Assembly (NCBI GenBank): GCA_944320495.1
Contig: CALUHR010000013.1
Span: 32,001 to 96,000, forward strand
Length of the DNA stretch: 64,000 nucleotides
Reading direction: 5' to 3'
Source: Candidatus Methanomethylophilaceae archaeon
Lineage (GTDB): Archaea > Thermoplasmatota > Thermoplasmata > Methanomassiliicoccales > Methanomethylophilaceae
Of this stretch, positions 1 to 10,310 are shown one piece after another (the first letter of the stretch is position 1; each line of letters starts with the position of its first letter). Both the position numbers and the translations under genes were made by a program. The notes beneath the pieces were generated by a model. That model was not told where the DNA came from, searched no databases, and saw nothing but the letters and a program-made list of their open reading frames with translations.

Positions 1-433
1 CACGGGGGACGGCCTGCGCGTGGGGGATGTAGATGGCTTTCCTGTTGACAAGTCCGTACTCGTACTTGTCGGGGATGTTCTTCACAGGGCACTTGGCGAG
101 ACAGTCGCCGCAGCCCGTACACTCCTTGGGGTTGACGTACCTGGCCTTCTTCAGTACGGTGACTTTGAAGTCGCCGGCCTGTCCCTCGACCTTCTGGACC
201 TCGTGGTAGGTCAGGACGTCGATGTTCGGGTGTCCGGCGCAGTCCGCCATCTTAGGGGAGAGGATACACGCGGAGCAGTCGTTCGTAGGGAACGTCTTGT
301 CCAGACGGCACATGACGCCTCCGATGGTGGGGTCCTTCTCCACCAGGAAGACGTGTATGCCGCGGTCTGCCAGATCCAGGGATGCCTGGATTCCCGCGAT
401 TCCTCCACCGATAACCAATGCTGATTTGCTCAA
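1..433 (-). CDS. hdrA: Heterodisulfide reductase subunit A-like FAD/Fe-S protein, N-terminal part (runs off window)
   Basis: Hand translation from TTG at 433 (not in ORF track): MSKSALVIGGGIAGIQASLDLADRG...LDKTFPTNDCSACILSPKM...CTGCGDCLAKCP; GxGxxG, KTFPTNDC and ferredoxin motifs typical of HdrA. Confidence 0.88.
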   Translation of the reverse strand, partial: MSKSALVIGGGIAGIQASLDLADRGIHVFLVEKDPTIGGVMCRLDKTFPTNDCSACILSPKMADCAGHPNIDVLTYHEVQKVEGQAGDFKVTVLKKARYVNPKECTGCGDCLAKCPVKNIPDKYEYGLVNRKAIYIPHAQAVPR

Positions 434-479
434 GTCATTGCCTCCGTTACCAACATGGTGTTTGGAACGTGGCTTTGAA

Positions 480-750
480 CAGGATATCACTATATTAATG
501 GCTACTACAAAATGAATATATATTGAATAAAGCATTTTGTTTAGAGTTTTCAGTTTTGGATTTTTTAAGGCTCCTAAAATATTTAGGGTAGGCTAAATTG
601 ATATTAGCCAGCAATCCTAAAACTGACAAAAATGTGTATTAGTATTGTTGATAATACAACTGAAAAATTTGTAGATGAAAAACGTTTTGGATGATTATTT
701 AACAATATAAACTTCGGAATGCCTTGTTTTCCTTTGCTTATCAAATCTTT
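480..750. promoter_or_regulatory. AT-rich intergenic region between divergent hdrA and pop5, with short inverted repeats
   Basis: Much lower GC than flanking genes; imperfect inverted repeat TCAGTTTTGGATT (~550-562) / AATCCTAAAACTGA (~613-626); GGCTAA..TTAGCC hairpin ~591-609. Confidence 0.45.
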
Positions 751-967
751 GGCACTATGGATGCACTCCGCGAAGATGCTGGCACATGTATGATGGATGT
801 AACTCATGCATCCATCGTCATGGTAACACCAATTTTGAATTCGTAATACCTGGGCCCTTGGAACGCCTTCGGCCGAAACGCTCCGGCCGATGACTGTACT
901 GACCAGAAGTTCGACTTCCCTAAACCCTCTCGGAAACTCTATATCCGTCTGGCCGGTCGCCGTGCGC

Positions 968-1258
968 ATGGTGGTCAAATCGGTGCGCGGCAGACGCCGC
1001 TACACGGCGTTCGAGGTACCCTCCAACGCGGACAGGCACAGAGCGGAGACGGCCGTCTCCTCGGTGCGTTCGGCGAAGGTCGTCACCTGCGGCCACGGGT
1101 ACGCCGTGATCCGCTCGCTGCCGTCCGAGCGTGCTACCCTGGAGGACGCGATGTGTTCCGCGATACCCGGGAGCCGCCCGTTCGACTGCTCCGGGACCCT
1201 GAGGGCGCTGAGGACCAGGCACCCCCAGCTCGCCGCCCCGAGACGCAGAAGGAAGCGA
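968..1258 (+). CDS. rnp2: RNase P protein component Pop5/Rpp14 (ends at CGA)
   Basis: MVVKSVRGRRRYTAFEV...SGTLRALR motif; usual position directly upstream of psmA; first in-frame CGA at 1256-1258 after a basic tail RRRRK (standard ORF continues to 1306). Confidence 0.72.
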
Positions 1259-1340
1259 CGCGCACCCTGTGATGCACTGCCCAAACGCTTTATACGGCCC
1301 CTTTAATCAGGTCGCGTAAAGTAAAGGAGCAGGTCTTTTC

Positions 1341-2051
1341 ATGCAACCCGGACAGATGGCTTATGACAGGGGGAGCACGGTGTTCTCCCCCGACGGAAGA
1401 CTTTTCCAGGTGGAGTATGCCCGTGAGGCCGTGAAGAAGGGTTCCACGACCATCGGGATCAAGTACGACGATGGGGTGATGCTCATCGTCGACAGGAGGG
1501 TCTCGAGCAAGCTCCTGGAACCCAAATCCACGGAGAAGATCCACGAGATCGACGACTACATCGGATGCGCGACCTCCGGGCTCGTTGCGGACGCGAGGAT
1601 CCTCGTGGACGAGGCCAGGAAGCAGGCCCAGATCCACAGGGTCAACTACGGCGAGAACATCGGGGTCGAGATGCTCGTCAAGAAGATCTGCGACTACGAG
1701 CAGAACTTCACCCAGTACGGCGGGGTCCGCCCCTTCGGAACGGCCCTGCTCGTCGCCGGCACCGACGACCTCGGCGCCCACCTCTTCGAGACCGACCCGT
1801 CCGGAGCCCTCGTCGCGTACAAGGCGACGGGCATCGGCAACGGACGCCCGGCGGTCATGGACCTGTTCGAGAAGGAATTCGAGGACGGCATGACCTTCGA
1901 GAAGGCCGCACTGCTCGGCCTCAAGGCCCTCGCGACCGCCGTGGAGGACAAGCCCAAGGCGGACTCCGTCGAGATCGGCGTCGCCGCGAACGGCCAGAAG
2001 TTCAGGAGGCTCTCCGAGGAGGAGGTCTCCGAGCTCATCGGCAAGATGTGA
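1341..2051 (+). CDS. psmA: Proteasome alpha subunit
   Basis: YDRGSTVFSPDGRLFQVEYAREAVKKG signature. Confidence 0.98.
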   Translation: MQPGQMAYDRGSTVFSPDGRLFQVEYAREAVKKGSTTIGIKYDDGVMLIVDRRVSSKLLEPKSTEKIHEIDDYIGCATSGLVADARILVDEARKQAQIHRVNYGENIGVEMLVKKICDYEQNFTQYGGVRPFGTALLVAGTDDLGAHLFETDPSGALVAYKATGIGNGRPAVMDLFEKEFEDGMTFEKAALLGLKALATAVEDKPKADSVEIGVAANGQKFRRLSEEEVSELIGKM

Positions 2052-2064
2052 GAAGGCCGGTAGG

Positions 2065-2763
2065 ATGGTTAACCTAGACGACGCCATAACCGCCCGCCTC
2101 GAGAGCCACGGGGAGACCTTCGAGATCCTGCTGGACCCGAAGGTGGTCGACCTCATCAAGGCCGGCAAGCAGTTCGACATAGTCGAGTACATGGCTGTCG
2201 AGGACGTCTTCAAGAACGCCTCCAAGGGCACCAGGCCCCCGGAGGACAAGGTGAAGGAGGCCTTCGGGACCACCGAGATCGCCGACATCGCGAGGAGGAT
2301 CCTGGAGAAGGGCGAGGTGCAGATGACCGCCGAGCAGCGCAAGGAGATGCTCGAGGCCAAGAGGCACCAGGTCGTGGCGTACATCGCCGCGAACGCCATC
2401 AACCCCCAGACCCACACCCCCCATCCCCCGTCCAGGATCGAGATGGCGCTGGAGGAGGCCAAGTTCCACGTGGACCTCTTCAAGCCCCTGGACAAGGAGA
2501 TCGAGGAGGCCATGAAGCTCCTGCGCCCCCTCATCCCGATCAGGTTCGAGAGGAGCAGGATCGCCATCAAGCTCAAGGGCACGGACTACGGACGCTGCTA
2601 CGACGACCTGATATCGTACGGCATCGTCGACAGGGAGGTCTGGACGCCCGAGGGGGACTGGATCGGCAGCATGGAGATCCCCGCGGGGGTCATCACCGAG
2701 CTCACGGAGAAGCTGAAGCACAAGACCCGCGGAAGCGCCTCGGTGAAGCTCGTCAACGAATGA
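2065..2763 (+). CDS. sdo1: Ribosome maturation factor SBDS/Sdo1
   Basis: ARLESHGETFEILLDP...INPQTHTPHPPSRIE; superoperon position. Confidence 0.96.
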   Translation: MVNLDDAITARLESHGETFEILLDPKVVDLIKAGKQFDIVEYMAVEDVFKNASKGTRPPEDKVKEAFGTTEIADIARRILEKGEVQMTAEQRKEMLEAKRHQVVAYIAANAINPQTHTPHPPSRIEMALEEAKFHVDLFKPLDKEIEEAMKLLRPLIPIRFERSRIAIKLKGTDYGRCYDDLISYGIVDREVWTPEGDWIGSMEIPAGVITELTEKLKHKTRGSASVKLVNE

Positions 2764-2782
2764 TATTCAAAGAGTGATACGA

Positions 2783-3490
2783 ATGGAGAGAAGAAACGCC
2801 AGACAGACGCGCGAGATCGTCGTGCCAGGCGACGTCCTCGACGGGACCGGGATGAAACCCGGCGACTACGCATACGTCCAGGGCGGCAAGGTGCGCGCCA
2901 GCGTCATGGGCGTCCGCAACGTGTTCCAGAACACAGTGGGCGTCATACCCCTGAGGGGCTGCTACATGCCCACCTCCGGGGACACGGTCATCGGAGTCAT
3001 CGTGGACATAGGACCCTCGAACTGGCTCGTCGACATCGGAGCGCCCTACCCCGCGCCCCTCCACGTCAACGAGGTCCCCTGGAAGGTGGAGTTCGGGGAC
3101 ACGTCCCGCTACCTCGGCATGGGCAACGTCGTCCTGCTGAAGGTGCTGTCGGTCGACGAGAGCAAGAAGATTCAGGTCACGATGAAGGACTCCGGCCTCA
3201 GGAGGCTGGAGGGAGGGAGGCTCGTCAAGGTCTCCCATTCCAAGGTCTCTAGGATCATCGGCAAGAGCGGATCGATGATCTCGATGCTGAAGAACATGAC
3301 CGACTGCAGGATCACCGTCGGACAGAACGGAATGGTCTGGGTCGACGGAGACGAGGAGAACGCCGATGTCGCGGTGAGGGCCATCCGCATGATCGAGGAG
3401 AAGGCGCAGTGCGGCAACCTGACCGACCTGGTCAGGGAATTTATCGAGAGCAAGCTCCCCCAGAGCGAGATTGATGAGGGGGACGAGTGA
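2783..3490 (+). CDS. rrp4: Exosome RNA-binding subunit Rrp4
   Basis: IVVPGD, S1 and KH domains ([11 protein letters not shown]); start set at ATG 2783 because the upstream GTG 2774 is followed by an in-frame CGA. Confidence 0.95.
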   Translation: MERRNARQTREIVVPGDVLDGTGMKPGDYAYVQGGKVRASVMGVRNVFQNTVGVIPLRGCYMPTSGDTVIGVIVDIGPSNWLVDIGAPYPAPLHVNEVPWKVEFGDTSRYLGMGNVVLLKVLSVDESKKIQVTMKDSGLRRLEGGRLVKVSHSKVSRIIGKSGSMISMLKNMTDCRITVGQNGMVWVDGDEENADVAVRAIRMIEEKAQCGNLTDLVREFIESKLPQSEIDEGDE

Positions 3491-3492
3491 CA

Positions 3493-4230
3493 ATGAGCGG
3501 ACACACTGATATGGTATTGGTCGACGAGAACGGCATGCGCATCGACGGAAGGACTGCCGAGCAGCACAGGCCAATCAAAATCGAGGCCGGCGTCCTGCAC
3601 AACGCGGACGGATCGGCATATGTCGAGATCGGGAAGAACAAGGTCCTGGCGGCCGTATACGGTCCCAGGGAGTGCCACCCCAGGCACCTCCAGAACCCCG
3701 AGAAGGCCATCGTCCAGGTGAAGTACAACATGGAGGCCTACTCGGTCTCCGACAGGAAGAGGCCCGGGACCGACAGGAGGAGCATCGAGATCTCCAAGAT
3801 CACCGCGGAGGCGCTGGAGAAGGTCGTCCTGACCGAGCTCTACCCCCGCGCGTCCATCGACGTCTACATCGAGATCCTCCAGGCCAACGCCGGGACCAGG
3901 TGCGCCGGTCTGACCGCCGCATCCGTGGCCCTCGCCGACGCCGGCATACCCATGAGGGACATCGTCCCCGCCATCGCCGCCGGCAAAGCGGACGGCAAGG
4001 TCCTCCTGGACCTGAACAAGGAGGAGGACAACTACGGGCAGGCGGACGTCCCCATAGCCATCGTCCCCAGCACCGACGAGATCGTCCTGCTCCAGATGGA
4101 CGGCAACATGACCCGCGCCGAGCTGGACCACGCGATCGAGCTCGCGGTCAACGCCTGCCACGAGGTCCACGACCTGCAGGTCGACGCCCTCAAGAGGCGC
4201 TACTCCAAAGACAGGGAGGCATCCGAATGA
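3493..4230 (+). CDS. rrp41: Exosome catalytic subunit Rrp41
   Basis: RIDGR...ADGSAY...AAVYGPRE...ANAGTRCA; RNase PH fold. Confidence 0.97.
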   Translation: MSGHTDMVLVDENGMRIDGRTAEQHRPIKIEAGVLHNADGSAYVEIGKNKVLAAVYGPRECHPRHLQNPEKAIVQVKYNMEAYSVSDRKRPGTDRRSIEISKITAEALEKVVLTELYPRASIDVYIEILQANAGTRCAGLTAASVALADAGIPMRDIVPAIAAGKADGKVLLDLNKEEDNYGQADVPIAIVPSTDEIVLLQMDGNMTRAELDHAIELAVNACHEVHDLQVDALKRRYSKDREASE

Positions 4231-5000
4231 GCAACGAGATGATGTCCGAGATCAAGCGCGACCACATCCTCCGCCTCCTCGAGAAGGGGACCAGGCAGGA
4301 CGGCCGCGGCGTGAAGGACTTCAGGAACATCGAGGTCGAGACCGGCCTCATCGAGTCCGCCGACGGGTCCGCCCGCGTCAGGCTCGGCAACACCACCGTC
4401 ATCGCCGGCATCAAGATCATCCCCGGCACCCCCTTCGGCGACACCCCGAACCTCGGTGTGCTCACCACCGGGATGGAGCTCATCCCCATGGCCCACCCCA
4501 CCTTCGAGTCCGGACCGCCGGGAGAGGACGCCATCGAGCTGGCGCGTGTCGTCGACCGCGGCATCCGCGAGTCCGGCATGGTCGACGTCGAGGCCCTGTG
4601 CATCACCCCCGGAGAGGAGGTATGGATGTGCTACATCGACATCTACGCCATCGACCACGACGGCAACCTGTTCGACGCCGCCAACCTGGCCGCCGTGTGC
4701 GCCCTGAAGAGCGCCATCATCCCGTGCGAGCAGTACGGCAAGGGCGAGAACAAGCACCTCCCGGTCACCTGCACGCCGATATCGGTGACGGAGGCCAAAG
4801 TCGGAAACACTTTAATAGTGGACCCCGACTACGACGAAGAGCAGATTTCAACCGCACGTCTCACAGTGACAACGGACGACGACGGCAACTTCAGGGCGAT
4901 GCAGAAGGGCGGATGCGGATCCATCACGCTCGACGAGCTGAGCCAGTGCCTCGACAGGGCCGTGGAGATCGGCGCGGAGATAAGAAAGATAATTGGGTGA
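4227..5000 (+). CDS. rrp42: Exosome subunit Rrp42
   Basis: RQDGRG..FR...[12 protein letters not shown]...[24 protein letters not shown]. Confidence 0.97.
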   Translation: MSNEMMSEIKRDHILRLLEKGTRQDGRGVKDFRNIEVETGLIESADGSARVRLGNTTVIAGIKIIPGTPFGDTPNLGVLTTGMELIPMAHPTFESGPPGEDAIELARVVDRGIRESGMVDVEALCITPGEEVWMCYIDIYAIDHDGNLFDAANLAAVCALKSAIIPCEQYGKGENKHLPVTCTPISVTEAKVGNTLIVDPDYDEEQISTARLTVTTDDDGNFRAMQKGGCGSITLDELSQCLDRAVEIGAEIRKIIG

Positions 5001-5006
5001 TCCCAC

Positions 5007-5258
5007 ATGGCAAAGAGGACAGTCAAAGCGGGCAGCTCCGGAAGGTTCGGAGCCAGGTACGGAGTCATCGTCCGCAACAGGATCAAGAACATCGAGGCGC
5101 AGCAGAAGAAGAAGCACGAGTGCCCGGTATGCCACCACGCTTCCGTCAAGAGGGAGAGCTCCGGCATCTGGTACTGCTCCCACTGCGGCACCAAGTTCGC
5201 GGCCGGCGCCTACAACCCGAAGACCAAGAGGGAGATCTCCCAGGTCAGCGAGCAGTGA
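5007..5258 (+). CDS. rpl37ae: 50S ribosomal protein L37ae
   Basis: GRFGARYG...CPVC...GIWYCSHC. Confidence 0.97.
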   Translation: MAKRTVKAGSSGRFGARYGVIVRNRIKNIEAQQKKKHECPVCHHASVKRESSGIWYCSHCGTKFAAGAYNPKTKREISQVSEQ

Positions 5259-5265
5259 GGCCACG

Positions 5266-5397
5266 ATGTACAGATGCGCCAAGTGCAACGAGCCCGTCAG
5301 GAACGTCAACGCCCTGGGGCTCCAGTGCGAGAAGTGCGGATCCAAGATCTTCTTCAAGGAGAGACCCAACGTGAAGAAGGTCCTGAAGTCCAACTGA
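5266..5397 (+). CDS. rpoP: RNA polymerase subunit P (Rpo12)
   Basis: MYRCAKC...QCEKCGSKIFFKERP zinc ribbon following rpl37ae. Confidence 0.93.
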   Translation: MYRCAKCNEPVRNVNALGLQCEKCGSKIFFKERPNVKKVLKSN

Positions 5398-5400
5398 GCG

Positions 5401-5634
5401 ATGCTCAGGGCCGTGCTGAGGGTGTCCGGGGCCGATACGGCCGCGGAGGCCCTGGGTCCGGAGTCCGGCAGGGAACTGCCGAGGACCCGCGCGTCCGTCT
5501 CCTCCGAAGGAGACGAGACGGTCGTCAGGATAGAGGCGGACGACACGTCCGCCATGAGGGCGGCCCTCAACTCGTATCTCGAGTGCGTCATCGTAGTGCA
5601 GTCAGTGGAACACATCGCCAAGGTGAGAAGATGA
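5401..5634 (+). CDS. pcc1: KEOPS complex subunit Pcc1
   Basis: IEADDTSAMRAALNSYL motif; position between rpoP and prefoldin. Confidence 0.85.
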   Translation: MLRAVLRVSGADTAAEALGPESGRELPRTRASVSSEGDETVVRIEADDTSAMRAALNSYLECVIVVQSVEHIAKVRR

Positions 5635-5999
5635 ACGGCATCAGCCCCCAGCTCCAGAACCAGATCGCCCAGTTCCAGCAGGTGCAGCAGCAGCTGCAGG
5701 CGGTCTCCACCCAGAAAGCGCAGTACGACGCCCAGAGGAGGGAGATGATGAGGACCCTGGAGGAGCTCAAGGCAGCCACCGGCGACGTCTACAAGTCCGC
5801 CGGTTCCCTGCTCGTGAAGGTCGAGGACAAGGCCGCCCTGGTGGCCGACCTCGAGGAGTCCGTCGAGACCATGGAGGTCAGGGTGAACAGCCTCGGCCGC
5901 CAGGAGACCTCGCTCCAGGAGAAGTACAAGACCCTCTCCGAGTCCATCAACGCCGCCATGGGCAACGCCCGTCCCGCGGCGCCCTCCGACGAGGAGTGA
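5631..5999 (+). CDS. pfdB: Prefoldin beta subunit
   Basis: Q-rich N-terminus, VYKSAGSLLVKV, coiled coils. Confidence 0.93.
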   Translation: MNGISPQLQNQIAQFQQVQQQLQAVSTQKAQYDAQRREMMRTLEELKAATGDVYKSAGSLLVKVEDKAALVADLEESVETMEVRVNSLGRQETSLQEKYKTLSESINAAMGNARPAAPSDEE

Positions 6000-6012
6000 A
6001 AAAACCTTTCAA

Positions 6013-6044
6013 GGGGGCTCAGGCCCCCGTTTCCCTTCTTTTTT
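6013..6044 (+). terminator. Hairpin plus T-tract ending the superoperon
   Basis: GGGGGC-TCAG-GCCCCC stem followed by a pyrimidine/T run just after the pfdB stop. Confidence 0.6.
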
Positions 6045-6063
6045 CATCGCTTCGAACCCCGTT

Positions 6064-6075
6064 CCCCCCCCCCCC
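6064..6075. repeat. C12 homopolymer tract
   Basis: 12 consecutive C just upstream of TATA-like TAAAATAA and the ABC operon. Confidence 0.85.
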
Positions 6076-6111
6076 GAACCGGTAAAATAAGGGTTCCACA
6101 TAGTCCGGAGC

Positions 6112-6831
6112 ATGGAAGCTCTCGAACTGCAGGACGTCAGAAAGTCCTACGGCAACAGGGAGGCGGTCCACGGCATCTCGCTGACGGTCCATGAGGGGGA
6201 GATTTTCGGCCTCATCGGACACAACGGGGCCGGCAAGACCACCACGCTCCGCATGATATCGACGCTCCTCCGTATAACGTCCGGGAGCATCAGCGTCTTC
6301 GGCCACGACGTGGCCACCGAACCCGACGAGGTCAGGAGGATCATCAGCTACCTCCCCGAGGACGCCGGCGCCTACAAGGACCTCACCGGCAGACAGTACA
6401 TGGAGTTCATGGCCAGCTTCTTCGCGTCCGGCGAGGAGAAGGCCGAGATGGTCCGCAAGGGCATAGAACTGGCAGACCTGGGCGAGAGGATAGACTCCAA
6501 GGTCGACACGTACAGCAAGGGGATGATGAGGAGGCTCCTCATCGCGAGGGCCATCATGCCGTCCCCCAGGCTGGCGATCATGGACGAGGTCACCTCTGGA
6601 CTGGACGTCATCAACGCCTACGAGGTCAGGGAGGTCATCAGGTCCATCGCGAAGACCGGGGTCACCGTGATAATGTCGTCCCACAACATGTTCGAGGTCG
6701 ACATGCTCTGCGACCGCGTCGGGATGATCGACCAGGGGAACCTCATCCTCCTCGGGACCCCTGCGGAGCTCAAGGAGAGGTTCGGGGTGGAAACCCTCGA
6801 AGAGGTGTTCGTCAAGGCGGTGAAAGGATGA
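6112..6831 (+). CDS. ABC transporter ATP-binding protein (NatA/ABC-2 type)
   Basis: Walker A GHNGAGKTT, signature YSKGM, Walker B IMDE, H-loop. Confidence 0.95.
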   Translation: MEALELQDVRKSYGNREAVHGISLTVHEGEIFGLIGHNGAGKTTTLRMISTLLRITSGSISVFGHDVATEPDEVRRIISYLPEDAGAYKDLTGRQYMEFMASFFASGEEKAEMVRKGIELADLGERIDSKVDTYSKGMMRRLLIARAIMPSPRLAIMDEVTSGLDVINAYEVREVIRSIAKTGVTVIMSSHNMFEVDMLCDRVGMIDQGNLILLGTPAELKERFGVETLEEVFVKAVKG

Positions 6832-8156
6832 GCCACATGACATCCATCATCAGGAAGGAGGTCAGGGAGATGCTGACCCCGGGCTCCGTCATATCCGTGC
6901 TCGTGATGGTCATCATATTCGCGGGCATGGGAGGACTCATCGGCACGGAGGTCGACAAGGCGGCAGAGCTGCCGAGCTTCGGCCTCGTGGCCGAGGAAGG
7001 CGACTACCTGGAAGGCTGGGACCTCATCGGCACCCTCCAGGGATACTACGGCGACGAGTCCGACAAGATCGTCATCATGGACGCCGCCTACGGGGATGAC
7101 GAGGCGATCATGGCCGAGATGGAATCTCGCGGCATCGCCAACGTCCTCGCGTTCCCGGACAAATCGACCTTCGAGGCATGCATAGCCGGTTCGGAGCAGA
7201 TCACCGTAGAGCAGTACTACCTCTACGAGCCCACCGGCATGTTCGGCACCATATCGTCAACTGTCATGTCCTCGATCGTCTCACTCGTCGAGGGCAGCCT
7301 CACGCAGGAGCTCATATCCCTCTCCGGGGACGGCGGAGCGAACATCAACTACATCATGGACCCGATGTACACCGGCGGGGACTCGGTCAGCACCGTCATC
7401 GACGGAGTGGCCCACTCCGGGGTCACCCCCTCGGACATCGACACCGAGATCTCCAGCCAGACCATGATGATCCCGCTGGTCATCATGATCATCATCATGA
7501 TGGTCGGGAGCATCGTCATCAGCTCCATCGGTTCGGAGAAGGAGAACAAGACCCTGGAGACGCTCCTCACCATGCCGATCAAGAGGACGTCCATCGTCAG
7601 CGGGAAGATCGCCGCGGCAGCCATCGTGGGACTCGTCTACGGCCTCGCCTACATGGTCGGCATGAGCATCTACATGGGTGCGATGACGGGCGTCGTCGGC
7701 TCCGGCCAGGGAACCGACCTGGAGAGCCTCGGGCTGGCGCTCGACGTGGGAGACTGGGCCCTCGTGATGGTGTCCATGTTCCTGTCCATCGTCTGCGCCC
7801 TGGGCATCTGCATGATCCTGGGTGCCTTCGCCAAGAACTACAAGTCCGCCCAGACCATGACCCTGCCCATCAGTATCCTGGCCATGATCCCGATGTTCGT
7901 GATCATGTTCTCCGGATGGTACGGATGCGGAGGGTTCCTTCAGGCGATCCTGTTCGTCATCCCGTTCTCGCACCCGATGATGGCCATGCAGGCCCTCATG
8001 TACGGGGACATCACCCTGGTGCTCGGCGGGATCGGGTACATGGCCGTGTTCGCCATCGTGACCATACTGATCACGGTGAGGATGTACAACTCCGACATCC
8101 TCATCACCGGCCTGGGCCAGAACAAGTGGGTCCAGACCCTCACCGGGAGGAAGCGA
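6828..8156 (+). CDS. ABC-2 type permease, NatB-like (ends at CGA)
   Basis: SIGSEKENKTLETLLTMPIKR motif and TM helices; in-frame CGA at 8154-8156, one base before the TTG start of the next gene. Confidence 0.88.
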
Positions 8157-8157
8157 G

Positions 8158-9135
8158 TTGGGCATCGTCGAGGATATGGTCGAGGCCCTGTCCTCCGACA
8201 GGACGAAGGCCGTCCTCGTCCACGGGAACGCGGACATGGACGCCGTCGGCTCCGCCTACGCGATAGCCCGCTGCTTCCCCAACTGCGCCATATTCGCCCC
8301 GGACGGGGTGGACCGCGTTGCGCGCATGGTCGCCGCCAAGATGGAGACGACCATCCGTGAGGGGGCCGGAGAGGGCTTCGAGATGCGCGTCGTCGTGGAC
8401 ACCTCCTCCCCCGAGCAGCTCGGAGAGGGCTTCGAGGGCGCCGATGTGGTGATCGACCACCACATGCCCACCGGGAGATGGGACGGGGTGCCGCTCTTCC
8501 TCTGCGACCCGGGCCGCACGTCCTGCTGCGAAATCGTGAAGGAGGTGCTGGACGCCGCCGGGATCGACATCCCGAGGGACGCCGCCCTCATGCTCCTGGG
8601 AGGGATGCTGACAGACAGCGGACACTTCCAGTTCGCGAAGCCCGCCATGATGAGGACGTTCGCCGACCTCATGGAGAGCGCTGGGATAGACATGGACGAG
8701 GCCATGCTGCTCGTGCAGGCCGAGGCCAGCATATCCGAGAGGATAGCCATGCTGAAGGCCGTCGGTCGCGTGAGGTTCGAACGCGTCGGCCAGATGATCG
8801 TAGCCACGTCCAGCGCGGGGAGCTTCGAGGCATCCTCCTGCAGGGCGCTGCTGTCCTGCGGCGCGGACATAGCCTTCGTCGGATCCCAGAGGGAGAACGC
8901 CTTCCGCATCAGCGGGAGGGCGACCCAGGACGCCGTCCGCAAGGGAGTTCATCTCGACGAGATCGTCGCCAAGGTCGGCGGTGAGACCGACTCCGACGGC
9001 GGCGGACACGGAGGCGCCGCCGGCATCAACGGGACAGGCGACGTCGAGGCCATGCTGATGATCTGCATGGAGAACACTATGGACGCCATGAGGGCCATAA
9101 AGGCCAGGGAGGACGCTGAGCGCCTCCAGCAGTGA
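8158..9135 (+). CDS. DHH family phosphoesterase
   Basis: HGNADMDA, VVDT, IDHH, LTDSGHF and GGGHGGAAG motifs. Confidence 0.92.
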   Translation: MGIVEDMVEALSSDRTKAVLVHGNADMDAVGSAYAIARCFPNCAIFAPDGVDRVARMVAAKMETTIREGAGEGFEMRVVVDTSSPEQLGEGFEGADVVIDHHMPTGRWDGVPLFLCDPGRTSCCEIVKEVLDAAGIDIPRDAALMLLGGMLTDSGHFQFAKPAMMRTFADLMESAGIDMDEAMLLVQAEASISERIAMLKAVGRVRFERVGQMIVATSSAGSFEASSCRALLSCGADIAFVGSQRENAFRISGRATQDAVRKGVHLDEIVAKVGGETDSDGGGHGGAAGINGTGDVEAMLMICMENTMDAMRAIKAREDAERLQQ

Positions 9136-9152
9136 AACGGAACGGGTTTTAT

Positions 9153-9187
9153 GCGCCGAGGGGCGGTGGATCCCCGCCCCTCGGCGC
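9153..9187. terminator. 14-bp GC stem-loop between convergent DHH and tyrS genes
   Basis: GCGCCGAGGGGCGG (9153-9166) pairs perfectly with CCGCCCCTCGGCGC (9174-9187). Confidence 0.65.
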
Positions 9188-10255
9188 TCATCTGAGCTTG
9201 GAGAGGCCGGCGACGATCTCCTGGAGCCTCTCGTAATTCTCGGGGTGCTCCTCGAAGTAGTCCCTGACGGGCTGGAGGGTCTTCCAGATGCCGTCGGACA
9301 CACCGGTCTTGAGGTCCACGGGGGACAGCTGGCCGCCGAAGTAGGCCTCGGTGAGCTCCTCGTAGGACGAGTAGTCCACGGGACCGCCGTACTTCTCGGG
9401 GCGCTCGATGTGCATCGTGCCCTCCCTCGGGAATATGACGTACCTGCACAGCATCAGGACGGGGTTGACGTCCTCGTTCTCCTTCTCCGGCGGACAGTAC
9501 GCCTTCTTCATCTTGGCGGCGATGTCCTCGCGGGTGTCGTGGATCCTGATGCCGCTCTTGGGGTCGCTCTTGGACATCTTGGACTCGGCGGGATCCATCC
9601 TGTTCCCGCCCTTGAGGCCGGGGAGCAGGGGCGTGTGGAGCGCGACGGGCTTCTTCCATCCGAGCTTGTCGGCGGCATCCCTGGCGAGCATGTGCGCCCT
9701 GCGCTGGTCCAGTCCGGCGTAGGCGAGGTCAACGTCCATGCAGAAGATGTCGGTGGCCTGGAGGATCGGGTAGAAGAGCTTGGATGCGTCGACCTCGGCC
9801 TCGTCCTCCGAGCGGCCCATGATCGTCATTGCCCTCTTCACCCTGGACAGGGACGTGACCTTGGCGACCTTGATGACGGTCTCCCAGTACTGGATGTCCG
9901 AAAGCACCTCGCTGGCGTACTTGAACTCCACGCTCTCCCTGGGGACCCCCAGGGCTACGAAGCAGTCCTCCATGTACCTGGCGCAGGCGCGGATGTTCTC
10001 CAGGTCTCCGCCCATCTTGTCGTTGATGTAGGCGTGCCAGTCGGCCCAGAACACGGTCACCTTGAATCCGGCGTCGGCGAGATCCCTGATCTTCTGCGCG
10101 ACGAGGACCCATCCCAGATGCACGATTCCTGAGGGCTCGAATCCGATGTATGCTGTGGGGTGCTCCTTCTCCCTGATGAGGGCCGCGAGCTCTTCGTCCG
10201 TGACGACCTCCACGGCGTTCCTCGTGACGAGTGCCAGTCTCTCCTCGGCGTTCAT
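9188..10255 (-). CDS. tyrS: Tyrosyl-tRNA synthetase (archaeal type)
   Basis: AYIGFEPSGIVHLG (HIGH-like), YPILQATD, GLDQRRAH, KMSKS. Confidence 0.97.
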   Translation of the reverse strand: MNAEERLALVTRNAVEVVTDEELAALIREKEHPTAYIGFEPSGIVHLGWVLVAQKIRDLADAGFKVTVFWADWHAYINDKMGGDLENIRACARYMEDCFVALGVPRESVEFKYASEVLSDIQYWETVIKVAKVTSLSRVKRAMTIMGRSEDEAEVDASKLFYPILQATDIFCMDVDLAYAGLDQRRAHMLARDAADKLGWKKPVALHTPLLPGLKGGNRMDPAESKMSKSDPKSGIRIHDTREDIAAKMKKAYCPPEKENEDVNPVLMLCRYVIFPREGTMHIERPEKYGGPVDYSSYEELTEAYFGGQLSPVDLKTGVSDGIWKTLQPVRDYFEEHPENYERLQEIVAGLSKLR

Positions 10256-10310
10256 TTCAATCGGCGCCCAATCTCAGATTAGATAAAAATGGATGTCGAT
10301 ACGGGAGGAC

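Noticed and set aside
20-424. Plus-strand 134-aa ORF, and the many long antisense or alternate-frame ORFs in the track (e.g. 13660-16356, 49341-52979, 14121-16460)
   Set aside because: Shadow ORFs expected at high GC. The opposite strand or another frame encodes recognisable proteins.
604-978. Minus-strand 124-aa ORF
   Set aside because: No recognisable motif, runs through AT-rich intergenic DNA, overlaps the pop5 start and has atypical codon use.
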